The notes under the pieces are model-generated. The model had not been told where the DNA came from. It made no database searches and saw only the letters and a list, made by a program, of their open reading frames with translations. The translations under genes and the position numbers were made by a program. Shown piece by piece: positions 19,393 through 29,681 of a stretch of DNA of 64,000 bases. The stretch comes from Candidatus Bathyarchaeota archaeon (lineage in GTDB: Archaea; Thermoproteota; Bathyarchaeia; 40CM-2-53-6): contig CAVSBL010000002.1 of assembly GCA_963726255.1 (NCBI GenBank), positions 2,240,001 through 2,304,000 on the forward strand. Reading direction: 5' to 3'. The stretch's first letter is position 1. Each line of letters opens with the position of its first letter.

Positions 19393-20514
19393 TCATCGGT
19401 GCGCACCACTCGGCCCTAAGTCCGCATCGGAAATCTCGATGTGGAACCTTTCAGCTGTCTTCTTGATCTCTCTCCAAACTTCCTCAGAGATTGGTATTCC
19501 TTCTTTGAGTCGTCGTTCTTGCGCCCTAAACTCTGGTTCTCCGGGTATGAGGATCTCTTGCACTCCGGCTGCTTTGGGGGTGCTCTTGATCTCCACAATT
19601 AGCTTGTCAACCTTGGATGTGAAGTCTGACAAAGGCATAAAGGACCCAACGTTAACCGCCATCGCAAGAAACGCCTCAGTACCGGTGTAATCCGACAGTG
19701 CCCCCGCGCCACTTAGAATTCCACCCAATACTTCGTTTACGACGCCGAGACCGTAACCTTTGTGCGCGCCGAACGGAAGCAAGACGCCGCCCTGATCGAG
19801 TATTCTGGGATCAGTGGTAGGATTACCGTGCGAGTCCAACATCCAGCCCGCCGGGATAGGTTCATTGTGAACCATTGCAAGCCGTACTTTCCCTGCTGCG
19901 GCGACACTAATCGCGAAATCAATCACGATGTGGTTCTCTTGTCCAGCAGGAATAGCAAAGCAGACGGGATTGTTGCCTAAAACGCGTGTCCTTCCTCCCA
20001 GAGGGGCTACCAAAGGATCGGTCTTCACAAAAATGGCGCCTATCAGGCCTCGAGCGGCCGCTATCAATGGGTAGGACGCGAGCCTCCCAATATCATTGCA
20101 ATTTCGAGCTGTCACAACACCTATACCCAAACGCTTCGCTTTTGCAATTGCCAGGTCCATAGCTCTAGCCGCAACTACCTGACCGAATCCCCAATCGCCA
20201 TCAATTCGTGCGACAGCACCAAAGTCATTTACTGTTCTGATCTTAGCTCTGGGGTTGATCGGAAAAGTTGCTTCTCCCAGCATCCTAGCAACATACTTAG
20301 GAATACGTATTATCCCGTGTGTATCGACGCCGGCCAGGTTCGATTCTACAAGTTGGTTGCTTACTTTGGCTGCGTCGTCCGCTAATGCGCCCGCTGCTTC
20401 AAGAATCGTCTTTCCCAGATTTCTGAGCTTGTCCGCCGAGAAGGTCACGTACATGATCGTGGGTTGAGGATCTACGTATAAATCACTATTCGTCTTCCGT
20501 ATATCCCGAGCCAA
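19393..20514 (-). CDS. LDH2/ureidoglycolate/sulfolactate dehydrogenase family (AllD/ComC-like)
   Basis: GVDTHGIIRIPKY, IDGDWGFGQ, LGNNPVCFA, HKGYGL, LIPGEPE; true start may be ATG 20454. Confidence 0.9.
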   Translation of the reverse strand: MARDIRKTNSDLYVDPQPTIMYVTFSADKLRNLGKTILEAAGALADDAAKVSNQLVESNLAGVDTHGIIRIPKYVARMLGEATFPINPRAKIRTVNDFGAVARIDGDWGFGQVVAARAMDLAIAKAKRLGIGVVTARNCNDIGRLASYPLIAAARGLIGAIFVKTDPLVAPLGGRTRVLGNNPVCFAIPAGQENHIVIDFAISVAAAGKVRLAMVHNEPIPAGWMLDSHGNPTTDPRILDQGGVLLPFGAHKGYGLGVVNEVLGGILSGAGALSDYTGTEAFLAMAVNVGSFMPLSDFTSKVDKLIVEIKSTPKAAGVQEILIPGEPEFRAQERRLKEGIPISEEVWREIKKTAERFHIEISDADLGPSGAHR

Positions 20515-20684
20515 GGATTGTTAACTGCTTCGAGCGAATCCCTGCGCAGCTGTCGCGGCAGCGTACATCTCATGTTCGTGGTTTGCTGAAATCGAAACAA
20601 GCTGGCGGTTCTTTGAGTTGCACTTGCCCAACAGTTTGCAGAGAAAATGGAATCCTCCGCCACTCGTCAGCATCCTTAGGTTGT

Positions 20685-21824
20685 TTAGGAGCGGCTGAGT
20701 TTGTTCAGGATCTCATTCGTGTGTTGGCCGAGCAATGGCGGGGTTAGCCTCATTCTGAATTCTGTGTCAGAGAACTTGAAGGGTATCCCAGCTATTTTCA
20801 CCTTAGGGAGTCCGGGGTATTCGAATTCCTGAATCATTCCTCTGTGTTTCACTTGTGGATTATTGACGGCTTCCTCGACCGTACATACAGGTGCGCAAGG
20901 GATTCCAAACGACGCCAGCTTGTCAACGACTGCGTCCGCTCTAAGTTTGGAGATAGCGGAACCAAGAATGTCGTGCAAAATAACCCTATTGTGGACTCTA
21001 TGTTCATTGCTAGCGAATCGACTATCCCCAAGAAGGTTTCGAAGACCAAGAGCGTTGCAGAGATCTTCCCAGAATCTTTCGTTCGACGCAGCTAGGAAGA
21101 CATACCGATCTTGCGCCTTAAAGATCTCATAAGGTGCGATACCCGGCCATCCGGTTCCCATCTTTGGCGGCAGCTTACCGGTTATTGCGAAGTATGGGAT
21201 CCAGTACATCATCATCGTAAGTCCGCAATCCAACATGGAAATATCGATCCGTTCGCCTCTCCCCCTCTGCTCCCTTGTTCGAAGCGCCGCCATGATTGCC
21301 AGGGCCGCGTACATTCCGGAGATCGCGTCAAAAAGTGACGAGCCAATTCTGACTGGCGGCTGGCCTTCTTCTCCGGTCGTTTTTTGAATTCCTATTAGGG
21401 CTTGGATTACTGGATCCCAAGCTCCGCGATCGCTATATGGGCCGTCTTGTCCGAATCCTGTGATAGAGCAGAATATTAGACTTGGATTCAGACTTCGCGT
21501 TTGTTCGTATCCAAAACCTAGACGATCCATTACTCCAGGACGAAAATTCTCCACAATCACATCGCCCTCTCTTACGAGCTCTGTCAAGACTTTCTTATCC
21601 TCCACTGTTTTCAAGTTCAGTGTAATGCTTCTCTTATTCCGATTCAATGCCAGGAATTCAGACGCCCCCAAAAACATAAAGGAGCGGGCTTCGTCGCCAA
21701 CTTCAGGTTTTTCTACCTTAACGACGTCTGCTCCAAGATCGCCCAGGAGCATGGTGCAAAATGGTCCCGCTACATCATGACTTAGATCTACTACCTTTAC
21801 ACCATCGAGTGGAAGGATTGACAC
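20685..21824 (-). CDS. Family III CoA-transferase (CaiB/BaiF, Frc-like)
   Basis: VAGPFCTMLLGDLGADVVKVE, NRNKRSITLNLK, ENFRPG, PPLLGQHT. Confidence 0.93.
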   Translation of the reverse strand: MSILPLDGVKVVDLSHDVAGPFCTMLLGDLGADVVKVEKPEVGDEARSFMFLGASEFLALNRNKRSITLNLKTVEDKKVLTELVREGDVIVENFRPGVMDRLGFGYEQTRSLNPSLIFCSITGFGQDGPYSDRGAWDPVIQALIGIQKTTGEEGQPPVRIGSSLFDAISGMYAALAIMAALRTREQRGRGERIDISMLDCGLTMMMYWIPYFAITGKLPPKMGTGWPGIAPYEIFKAQDRYVFLAASNERFWEDLCNALGLRNLLGDSRFASNEHRVHNRVILHDILGSAISKLRADAVVDKLASFGIPCAPVCTVEEAVNNPQVKHRGMIQEFEYPGLPKVKIAGIPFKFSDTEFRMRLTPPLLGQHTNEILNKLSRS

Positions 21825-22173
21825 GAGAACAAACCGAAGTGGAGTGAAAGAAAGATCAGCTAATTAGATTTGTGGATAAAAACCATGCAGTTCCATCACG
21901 GGACTGTGGAAAAGATTTCCGATTTTCTGGCGTCCTCATTGCCAATCACTAGAACACTTGATGTCCCAAGATCACATGAAGAAGTCCGCTGATCGCCAAC
22001 GAAGCAGAAACAATATTCTTCCACGGGACAAAGACCTGGCGATATTTCGCGCATGGTGATGCGCCAAGACTGCTGGCCTTCACGTCGTACTTGTTGATGC
22101 GAATGCTTGTTCTACGTACCCTACGTATCGTATTGAGTGAAGACTTAGAAAGACGGCCGCCTTACATACAACT

Positions 22174-23379
22174 ATGGGACGCATTAGAGGAAAAGTCGCG
22201 ATAGCGAGTTACGGGGAGACGCCGGTCAACAGAGAACGGACTAGAAACATAACGATTGAACAGTATCTGGCTCAAGCCGCGAAGCAAGCTCTTGACAGCG
22301 CAGGAATGTCAAAGTCGGACCTTCGTGATCAGGGGGTGGGGCTGCTTGAACCCGAATCTGTTCCGCCAATTTGGTCGATGCAAATTATCCAAGATCTCGG
22401 ACTCGAACCTCGAGTCGTTATCCGATCCGATCATGGAGGCATAGGAGCCGCGGCTCTGTTGGAGGAGGCGGGAGCAGTCATAAGTGCTGGAGTAGTTGAT
22501 ATGGTTCTGTGCCTCGGAGCTGATGCTCCGCTCAGCTATCTCCTTCACGGCGCAACATCAGGAGGAGGAGGCGCCCTGAGAGACTACACAAAGCCGTTTG
22601 GCATGATGGGCCCCAACAGTCAAATTGCTTTTGTCGCTCAGAGATATATTCACGATTACAACGTGAAACCCGAACAGGTCGGAAAGGTCTCCGTTGTGCA
22701 ACGCAACAATGCGGCTCTTAACCCGATCGCCTACCTGAGAGATAGACCTCTAACGATGGAGGATTACTTGGACTCCGGAAGAAACCCGATGGTCTCCGAT
22801 CCGATTAGACTTCTGGACTGCTGTATTCCAGTAAACGGCGGTTTGGCCTTTTTAGTGACGACGGTTGAGAAGGCTAAAGAAATCACCGATATACCGGTCT
22901 ATCCGCTGGGATTGGGAATTGCCTATAATTATCTTCATGGAAGCAGAATGCGACCCGACATCACTTACATGGGCGTCGTCAAAGCCTCAAGAGAGGCGTT
23001 GGCTGAGGCTGGGGTAAAGCACAAGGATTTTTCATTCTTTCAATGTTACGACGATTACACCTATGCCGTGCTCACGCAGTTAGAAGATAGCGGCTTCTGC
23101 GAGAAGGGCCGAGCAGGCCGTTTCCTGGAGGCGACGGATGTCTCCTTGGGAGGTGAACTCCCAATCAATACAGGCGGAGGACAACTATCTTCCGGGCAGT
23201 GTGGAATGTCAGGGGCATTCTTGCCTATGGTTGAGGCTATTCGTCAACTCAGAGGGGAAGGTGGAAAGAGGCAGGTCAAGGATGCCAAGCTAGGCTTCGT
23301 TAGTTTGATTGGAGCCATAGGTCAATACTGCGCGAGTTTGACAAATACAGCTGCTTGCGCGTTGGGAGTGGAGGTTTGA
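22174..23379 (+). CDS. Thiolase family protein (SCP2/Ltp2 type)
   Basis: DPIRLLDCC, YDDY, PINTGGGQLS, EAIRQLRGEGG.RQV. Confidence 0.88.
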   Translation: MGRIRGKVAIASYGETPVNRERTRNITIEQYLAQAAKQALDSAGMSKSDLRDQGVGLLEPESVPPIWSMQIIQDLGLEPRVVIRSDHGGIGAAALLEEAGAVISAGVVDMVLCLGADAPLSYLLHGATSGGGGALRDYTKPFGMMGPNSQIAFVAQRYIHDYNVKPEQVGKVSVVQRNNAALNPIAYLRDRPLTMEDYLDSGRNPMVSDPIRLLDCCIPVNGGLAFLVTTVEKAKEITDIPVYPLGLGIAYNYLHGSRMRPDITYMGVVKASREALAEAGVKHKDFSFFQCYDDYTYAVLTQLEDSGFCEKGRAGRFLEATDVSLGGELPINTGGGQLSSGQCGMSGAFLPMVEAIRQLRGEGGKRQVKDAKLGFVSLIGAIGQYCASLTNTAACALGVEV

Positions 23380-23383
23380 GAGA

Positions 23384-23818
23384 GTGATTGGCACTGAAAG
23401 GGCCAATCAAAGACCCTTACCCGATGTGACTTCAATTGACAAATCCTTCTGGGAAGCAGCTAAGAAAGGAAAGTTGGTGCTCCAAGAGTGCGGCAACTGC
23501 GGAGCAGTCCAGTGGTATCCCAAACCTTGGTGCGCAGATTGCGGATCCCTGGATGTCGGTTGGACGGAGTCGAAAGGCCGAGGAACGGTTTACTCATTTA
23601 CAATTCCGCGTAGGGTTATGGACAATTCGCCTGTTTTTGAGTCCCAAATCCCATTCATCATAGCGATTGTTGAGCTAGAAGAAGGACCAAGGATGTACAG
23701 TAACATTATTGAATGCAAACCCGAACAAGCATCCATCGGAATGCCAGTTGAAGTTGTCTTCGAGAAAGCAACGGATGAGATTCAGTTACCAAAATTCAGG
23801 CCTAGAAGAAAAGTTTGA
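23384..23818 (+). CDS. DUF35 Zn-ribbon/OB-fold protein (thiolase partner)
   Basis: FWEAAKKGKLVLQECGNC..YPKPWCADC, GTVYSFT, VELEEGPR. Confidence 0.92.
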   Translation: MIGTERANQRPLPDVTSIDKSFWEAAKKGKLVLQECGNCGAVQWYPKPWCADCGSLDVGWTESKGRGTVYSFTIPRRVMDNSPVFESQIPFIIAIVELEEGPRMYSNIIECKPEQASIGMPVEVVFEKATDEIQLPKFRPRRKV

Positions 23819-23945
23819 TTTCGTTGACCAAAGCGATTGTTCGAGGCCTGTAGCCTTCAAGCATGCCGAGTAGCATCAGGTAAAGACTGCAACAACTTCT
23901 GAGAACGCGGACGAAGATTCTGTTGATTTTGTAGGGTTGAGAGTA

Positions 23946-24920
23946 CTAGAGCGATAGTTCGCCACAAACACTTACTGGAAGTGCGTCGCGCGCGTCCCAT
24001 CCATTCCCCAAAATCCACATCAACTTCACTAAGGCAACTTCAGATAGCATGTCACCGACCGGAATCACGTTTGGAAGTGAAGCGATAGTTCTGTCAACTT
24101 TGAACATGTCAGGATTCAAACGAACTCCATCAAACCAGCATTGAGAAGAGAGTGCAAGTGGTTTTTCGAACTGACTGATGGTCGCAAGGAAGTCAGAGTC
24201 GTCGGTTCTGATTTGGCCCGAACCGTATGCCTCGATAACGGCTCCTGACATCCCTCTTAGCATTGTCAACATGCTGGTCGCCGTCAAGGCTGGGTGCATT
24301 TTAACCAGGGCGACCGAGGAGTTTAGTTTTGACTGTAGGTAGGGGGTTGTCGAGCTTCGCCTTCTCTGGATGAGACGCTTATCCAGTGTTACTTCTCCGT
24401 TCTTTACATATCCAATCTCTGGAAGATTGACGCTTCTGAAAGCATTGTTCCTGGTCCCTGAGATTTTTCGACATCTGGTTCCTCTTATCACTATTGCATC
24501 TTGTCCCGTTTCGAATTGGGAAAACACCACGCACACCTCTGCAAGATCAGAATCAGAGACTAGTGCGATCGCGTTCTGAAGGTTGCTTATTGCATCAGTC
24601 TCCGCATAAGATCCAGGAATCATGGACCCGGTGATGGCTATGGGAACGGGCAAATCCTTTATCATAAAACTCAGAGCAGCCGCGGTAAAGCCCAAGGTAG
24701 CTGTCCCATGAGTGATCACTATCCCATCGACGCCCTTCTTGCAGGTGTCGACCACGCATTGCGCGATTGTCACCCAGTCGTTTGGTCCAACGTTGTTACT
24801 ATCTTTGTTGAATATCTGAGTGAGGTCAATTTTCAAGTTCTGAGCGACAAGCTTTGAAAGGGGTTCGATCTGGCCTATAGTTCCGCCAGTTTCAAGTATA
24901 CACACTCTCTGCATGGACAT
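23946..24920 (-). CDS. Asparaginase/glutaminase family amidohydrolase (type I-like)
   Basis: ETGGTI, THGTATL, ITGSM, GTRCRK, EAYGSG; start placed at ATG 24920. Confidence 0.82.
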   Translation of the reverse strand: MSMQRVCILETGGTIGQIEPLSKLVAQNLKIDLTQIFNKDSNNVGPNDWVTIAQCVVDTCKKGVDGIVITHGTATLGFTAAALSFMIKDLPVPIAITGSMIPGSYAETDAISNLQNAIALVSDSDLAEVCVVFSQFETGQDAIVIRGTRCRKISGTRNNAFRSVNLPEIGYVKNGEVTLDKRLIQRRRSSTTPYLQSKLNSSVALVKMHPALTATSMLTMLRGMSGAVIEAYGSGQIRTDDSDFLATISQFEKPLALSSQCWFDGVRLNPDMFKVDRTIASLPNVIPVGDMLSEVALVKLMWILGNGWDARDALPVSVCGELSL

Positions 24921-25548
24921 CAGCTTGCGGGAGTGAGCTCTCCCAAATAACATTAGTTCTCGGACTAATCGTAGCACTAGCACATGCGCTGGCGCAGAAT
25001 AACATAGGTCGGGTCTGTCAAAAAACAACTGTGCCGACCTAAGGCAGCTCTCTCTCTGAAAGATGCTCACAACAGAATATTACCCGACCACAGTTGTGTT
25101 CCTCAATTCACCACATGTCTGTCACCAGTTTAGGGGTGTGCCTTCTCACTGATCCCAGTCACGTGGTAGGAGGGCATTTCGAATACTCATAGGTTTTTGG
25201 AAAAGGATCTGGTCGGAAAATCCACGACCACGAAGAAAGCCTCGCTAGGCTTGGTTTGGATGTTGGGGAGTTTCAGGTGGATTTGACTAAGAGCATGAGA
25301 ACAGAGATACGTGTTGCAACCCATAATCTAGAATAACCATGTCTGAGAACCGGAATGTTTCCCAAGCCAATATGTGATACGATAAATACTCCATAATGCC
25401 GAAAGAATTCGGTCACGGTGAGTTAAATCTGAAGCTCAGGAAATGGTGAACTTGCAAATACCCAGGAAATCAACGCTGATTCTAAGCCCCCAGGTTTTTC
25501 CGTATGAAGATCGACGAGAGTCTGAAGTCGAAGTGAGGAATTAGGGGC

Positions 25549-26523
25549 TTGCCAGAATTATTGTCAGTTCGAAATCTGAGGACGCAGTTCTTCACTGATA
25601 GAATCGTGACGGCAGTCGACGACGTATCCTTTGACGTCAGAAGAGGCGAGACTCTTGGTATCGTGGGGGAGTCGGGATCGGGAAAGACGGTGACAGCCTT
25701 GTCGATAATGCGCGTCGTTCCCCCTCCAGGAAGAGTGGTCGGCGGGCAGATCATGCTCGAAGGCGTGGGCGACCTTTTGTCTCTTCCAGAAGATGAGATG
25801 ACGTTAGTGAGGGGCAGAAGGGTAGCTATAACTCTCCAGGACCCGATGACTTCCCTCAACCCAGTAATGAAGGTGGGTGATCAAATCGTCGAGGGCATTC
25901 GTCACCGGGGCGCCAACAAGAGAGATGCTTTGAAGCAAGCACAAGGTCTGATGGAACTTGTAGGAATACCCTCTCCGGCCGCCAGAATGAACGACTACCC
26001 TCATCAACTCAGCGGAGGAATGCGGCAGAGAATTCTCATCGCGATGGCTCTTTCTTGCGAGCCCGAACTCCTTATTGCGGATGAACCGACGAGCGCCTTA
26101 GATGTCATAATACAGGATGAGATACTTGACCTAATGAAGCAACTAAAGGCAAGACTGAAGACCTCCCTCGTGATCATAACGCATGACCTTGGCATCGTCG
26201 CAGAACTAGCAGACAGAGTACTCATAATGTACGCTGGCCGCGTATTGGAAATCTCTGATGTCAAGACAGTTTTCTCGAGGCCCAGGCATCCGTATACGGA
26301 GGCACTTTTGAGAGCCATTCCCCGACTTGACGTTCCAATGGACAGACTAGACACCATCGAGGGCTCTATACCTAACATGGCCTCCCCACCTTCTGGCTGT
26401 CGTTTTCATCCCCGCTGCCCTTACGTCAAGGACATCTGTCGAAGTGACGTTCCAAAACTGCAGCAGGTGCGCGATGGTCATCTTTCCGCATGTATTAGGC
26501 ATAGCGACATTTGGAAGGATTAG
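25549..26523 (+). CDS. Peptide ABC transporter ATP-binding subunit (DppD/OppD)
   Basis: GESGSGKT, LSGGMRQR, IADEPT, HPYT, CRFHPRC. Confidence 0.95.
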   Translation: MPELLSVRNLRTQFFTDRIVTAVDDVSFDVRRGETLGIVGESGSGKTVTALSIMRVVPPPGRVVGGQIMLEGVGDLLSLPEDEMTLVRGRRVAITLQDPMTSLNPVMKVGDQIVEGIRHRGANKRDALKQAQGLMELVGIPSPAARMNDYPHQLSGGMRQRILIAMALSCEPELLIADEPTSALDVIIQDEILDLMKQLKARLKTSLVIITHDLGIVAELADRVLIMYAGRVLEISDVKTVFSRPRHPYTEALLRAIPRLDVPMDRLDTIEGSIPNMASPPSGCRFHPRCPYVKDICRSDVPKLQQVRDGHLSACIRHSDIWKD

Positions 26524-27530
26524 GGATTATTGCCATGACGGACCCGCTGCTTAGAGTTGTGAGAGTGAAAAAGTATTTTCCTGTCGAACGAGGAATCGGG
26601 GGCTTTGGATCAACTTCCGAGTTTGTCCATGCTGTTGATGGAGTCAGTTTAGCCATAAACCAGGGACAGTCATTGAGCCTGGTTGGAGAGACAGGGAGCG
26701 GGAAAACGACCCTCGCTTTGATGATCGCTCTGCTAGCGAAACCTACCGTCGGAGAGATCTTCTTTGACGGCAAAGATATTTCGGCCCTTCGCGGTGGTGA
26801 AAGGCGGAGCATACGGCGCGATATTCAGATGATCTTCCAAGATCCTTATGCATCTCTGAATCCGCGAAAATCGGTGGAGAACATAGTTGGCTTGCCCATC
26901 AAGATTCACAAGATTGCTCATGGAGACAACATCAGACAAAGAGTATGTCAAATCCTGGAGATGGTTGGATTGAGCCCCGGCGACCAGTACGTCGACAGGG
27001 GTCCTCATGAACTGAGCGGGGGCCAAAGGCAAAGAGTTGCAATTGCTAGAGCCCTATCAACCAAGCCTAAATTCATCGTAGCTGACGAGCCCGTATCGTC
27101 TCTCGACGTTTCGGTTAGATCCCAGATCCTTAATCTAATGCGAGACCTCAAGGCCGAGTTCAATCTAACATATCTCTTCATTGCTCATGATCTTTCGGTA
27201 GTCAGGTACATGAGCGATTACGTTGCTGTCATGTACCTCGGTGAGATCGTCGAATATGCGCCCACAGAAGAGTTGTACAGCAATCCTCAACACCCTTACA
27301 CGCACGCTCTTCTTCATGCGATCCCAGTGCCTGATCCAGCAAAGACACGTATCAGGATCAAACTCCAAGGTGAGATGCCGAGCCCCATTCACCCTCCGAC
27401 GGGCTGCCGCTTTCACACAAGATGTCCCTACGCCGAAGAGATCTGTAAAACGAGCGAACCGATACTTCGATCCATGAAGGGTGGGCACCTAGTAGCCTGT
27501 CACCTGGCGCCGATAGACTACGGAAATTAG
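26511..27530 (+). CDS. Peptide ABC transporter ATP-binding subunit (DppF/OppF)
   Basis: GETGSGKT, LSGGQRQR, ADEPVSSLD, CRFHTRC; start likely ATG 26535. Confidence 0.95.
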   Translation: MEGLGIIAMTDPLLRVVRVKKYFPVERGIGGFGSTSEFVHAVDGVSLAINQGQSLSLVGETGSGKTTLALMIALLAKPTVGEIFFDGKDISALRGGERRSIRRDIQMIFQDPYASLNPRKSVENIVGLPIKIHKIAHGDNIRQRVCQILEMVGLSPGDQYVDRGPHELSGGQRQRVAIARALSTKPKFIVADEPVSSLDVSVRSQILNLMRDLKAEFNLTYLFIAHDLSVVRYMSDYVAVMYLGEIVEYAPTEELYSNPQHPYTHALLHAIPVPDPAKTRIRIKLQGEMPSPIHPPTGCRFHTRCPYAEEICKTSEPILRSMKGGHLVACHLAPIDYGN

Positions 27531-27666
27531 TACGGATCATCTTGCAAGGCATGGTACCAGATCTTGCTTCACTTCGACTTTTACTTTTCGACCAGAAGCA
27601 ACGCCATGTAAGAGTTCTGGCCACCAGCTCAAGGCAGATGTTTCGCATGCTCACACATCAGGGATA

Positions 27667-28722
27667 ATGCATAATTCTCGGCGACCGCTTACAAACACAA
27701 AGCAACCATCTGGCCAGGGGAGTATCATGGCAAGACCGCGTATCCGTGAAAAACTTGGATTAGTATTGTTCGTGGCTCGCAGGATCGTAATTGCGATCCC
27801 GGTGGTCTTATTCACGATAGTTTTCAATTTCATATTGATCCATTCTGCTCCTGGAGATCCAGTTTCGTACATGATGCAACAATATGCTGCGACTCCCGAA
27901 TATGTGGCGTTAATCAGAAGATCCTATGGATTGGACAAGCCGCTTTACGAACAACTTTTTATCTATTTGACCAAAGTTCTCACTGGTGATCTAGGGTATT
28001 CATTTTCTTATCACCAACCTGTGGCTAATTTGATACTCTCGCGAATACCCGCCACATTACTGCTCGTGGGAACTGCTCTTGTTATCTCGACCATCGTGGG
28101 AATTATCGCTGGCGTAGTTTCATCGACCAAGCAGTACTCAGCGACCGACAGCTTGATCTCAACAATTTCATTGCTAGGCTATTCCGTGCCGGTATTTTGG
28201 CTTGGCATGATGGGAATTTTCATTTTTTCTGGGTACTTACATCTCTTCCCAGTCATGGGCATGTCTGCAGGTGAACAAGCGGACCCGGTTAGTCGTTTCT
28301 TGAATATTCTCTGGCACACGATACTTCCCACGTTCACGCTAGCGGCTTCGCTCATAGCAATGACGGCGAGACTCACTAGGACAAATATGCTAGAAGTTAT
28401 GAGACTCGATTTCATGACGACTGCTGTATGCAAGGGTCTTGACAGAAAGACGGTGATCTACAAGCATGCTTTGAGGAACGCTTTGATACCTGTTGTCACA
28501 ATTCTCGGGATCAATGGCGGATATATTTTAGCTGGATCGATACTTGTTGAAAGCGTTTTTGCTTGGCCTGGACTCGGCAGGTTGCTGTACGAATCCATTT
28601 TTTCAAGAGACTACCCGTTGATGCTGGGGGAACTTGTCGTTTTATCAATTGCGATGATTTTCGCAAATCTTGTTACAGACATCGCCTACGCCATCCTAGA
28701 TCCTAGAGTGCGGTACAAATGA
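27667..28722 (+). CDS. Peptide ABC transporter permease (DppB/OppB)
   Basis: APGDP, YGLDKPLYEQ, GDLGYS, HALRNALIP, FAWPGLG, LDPRVR. Confidence 0.95.
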   Translation: MHNSRRPLTNTKQPSGQGSIMARPRIREKLGLVLFVARRIVIAIPVVLFTIVFNFILIHSAPGDPVSYMMQQYAATPEYVALIRRSYGLDKPLYEQLFIYLTKVLTGDLGYSFSYHQPVANLILSRIPATLLLVGTALVISTIVGIIAGVVSSTKQYSATDSLISTISLLGYSVPVFWLGMMGIFIFSGYLHLFPVMGMSAGEQADPVSRFLNILWHTILPTFTLAASLIAMTARLTRTNMLEVMRLDFMTTAVCKGLDRKTVIYKHALRNALIPVVTILGINGGYILAGSILVESVFAWPGLGRLLYESIFSRDYPLMLGELVVLSIAMIFANLVTDIAYAILDPRVRYK

Positions 28723-28766
28723 AGACGCAGGGAGTGCTTCGTCAACCCGTAGGGACAGGTGTTTGA

Positions 28767-29600
28767 GTGGGCTCATTCTGGCGCTTGTATGCCAAAAATA
28801 AGCTTGCAGTTGTAGGCCTGCTAATAGTAATCTTCTTTCTGGTTTTGGGTGCTTTCGCTCAATATATTGCTCCGTACGACCCACGTTCGATGAACGGAGT
28901 ACTTTTCGGTCCTCCTAATCTGCAACATCTGATGGGAACTGACCAATTGGGAAGGGACATATTGAGCGGTGTGATCTTCGGAGCCCGCCCTTCGATGACA
29001 ATTGGTTTTCTTGCTGCAATAACTGCAACATTTGTCGGAGTACTGGTCGGTTCATTTGCTGGCTACTACGGCGGATGGGTTGACGATACTCTGATGAAGT
29101 TTACTGAAGTTTTCTTGGTGATTCCGATATTTGTTATTGCACTCGTGGCGGTGAGCGTCTTCGGGCCCACTATATGGAATATTGTTGTGGTTATAGGCGT
29201 GTTGAGTTGGCCAACGATAGCTAGGCTTGTGAGAGCGGACTTTCTTAGTCTCAAGAAGAGGACGTATACCGACGCGGCAAGAGTCGCTGGTGCCACCGAC
29301 CTTTATATCATGTTCAGGGAATTGCTGCCGAATGCGCTGCCAACCGTTGTTGTTGCCACTTGCTTGCAAGTTGCTACGACGATATTACTTGAGGCAGGAT
29401 TAGCCTTCCTTGGTCTCTCTGATCCAAACTGGATTAGCTGGGGATTCATGCTCAACCAATCCTCGCTGTTCTTCCTTCGCGCTTGGTGGTTATCGGCATT
29501 TCCAGGATTGGCGATATTTGCCGCTGTTCTTGGAGTAAATCTGGTAGGCGACGGATTGAATGATGTCCTGAATCCCCGGCTAACAGCGAAAAGTGAATAG
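28767..29600 (+). CDS. Peptide ABC transporter permease (DppC/OppC)
   Basis: GTDQLGRD, EAGLAFLG, NLVGDGLND. Confidence 0.95.
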   Translation: MGSFWRLYAKNKLAVVGLLIVIFFLVLGAFAQYIAPYDPRSMNGVLFGPPNLQHLMGTDQLGRDILSGVIFGARPSMTIGFLAAITATFVGVLVGSFAGYYGGWVDDTLMKFTEVFLVIPIFVIALVAVSVFGPTIWNIVVVIGVLSWPTIARLVRADFLSLKKRTYTDAARVAGATDLYIMFRELLPNALPTVVVATCLQVATTILLEAGLAFLGLSDPNWISWGFMLNQSSLFFLRAWWLSAFPGLAIFAAVLGVNLVGDGLNDVLNPRLTAKSE

Positions 29601-29681
29601 GATGCTTTGTAAAGAGGGGCGGAAAGCCATATATCTAAAATGAAGCCCATTTAATCACAGTTCAAGACGGTTGGGAGAGTT

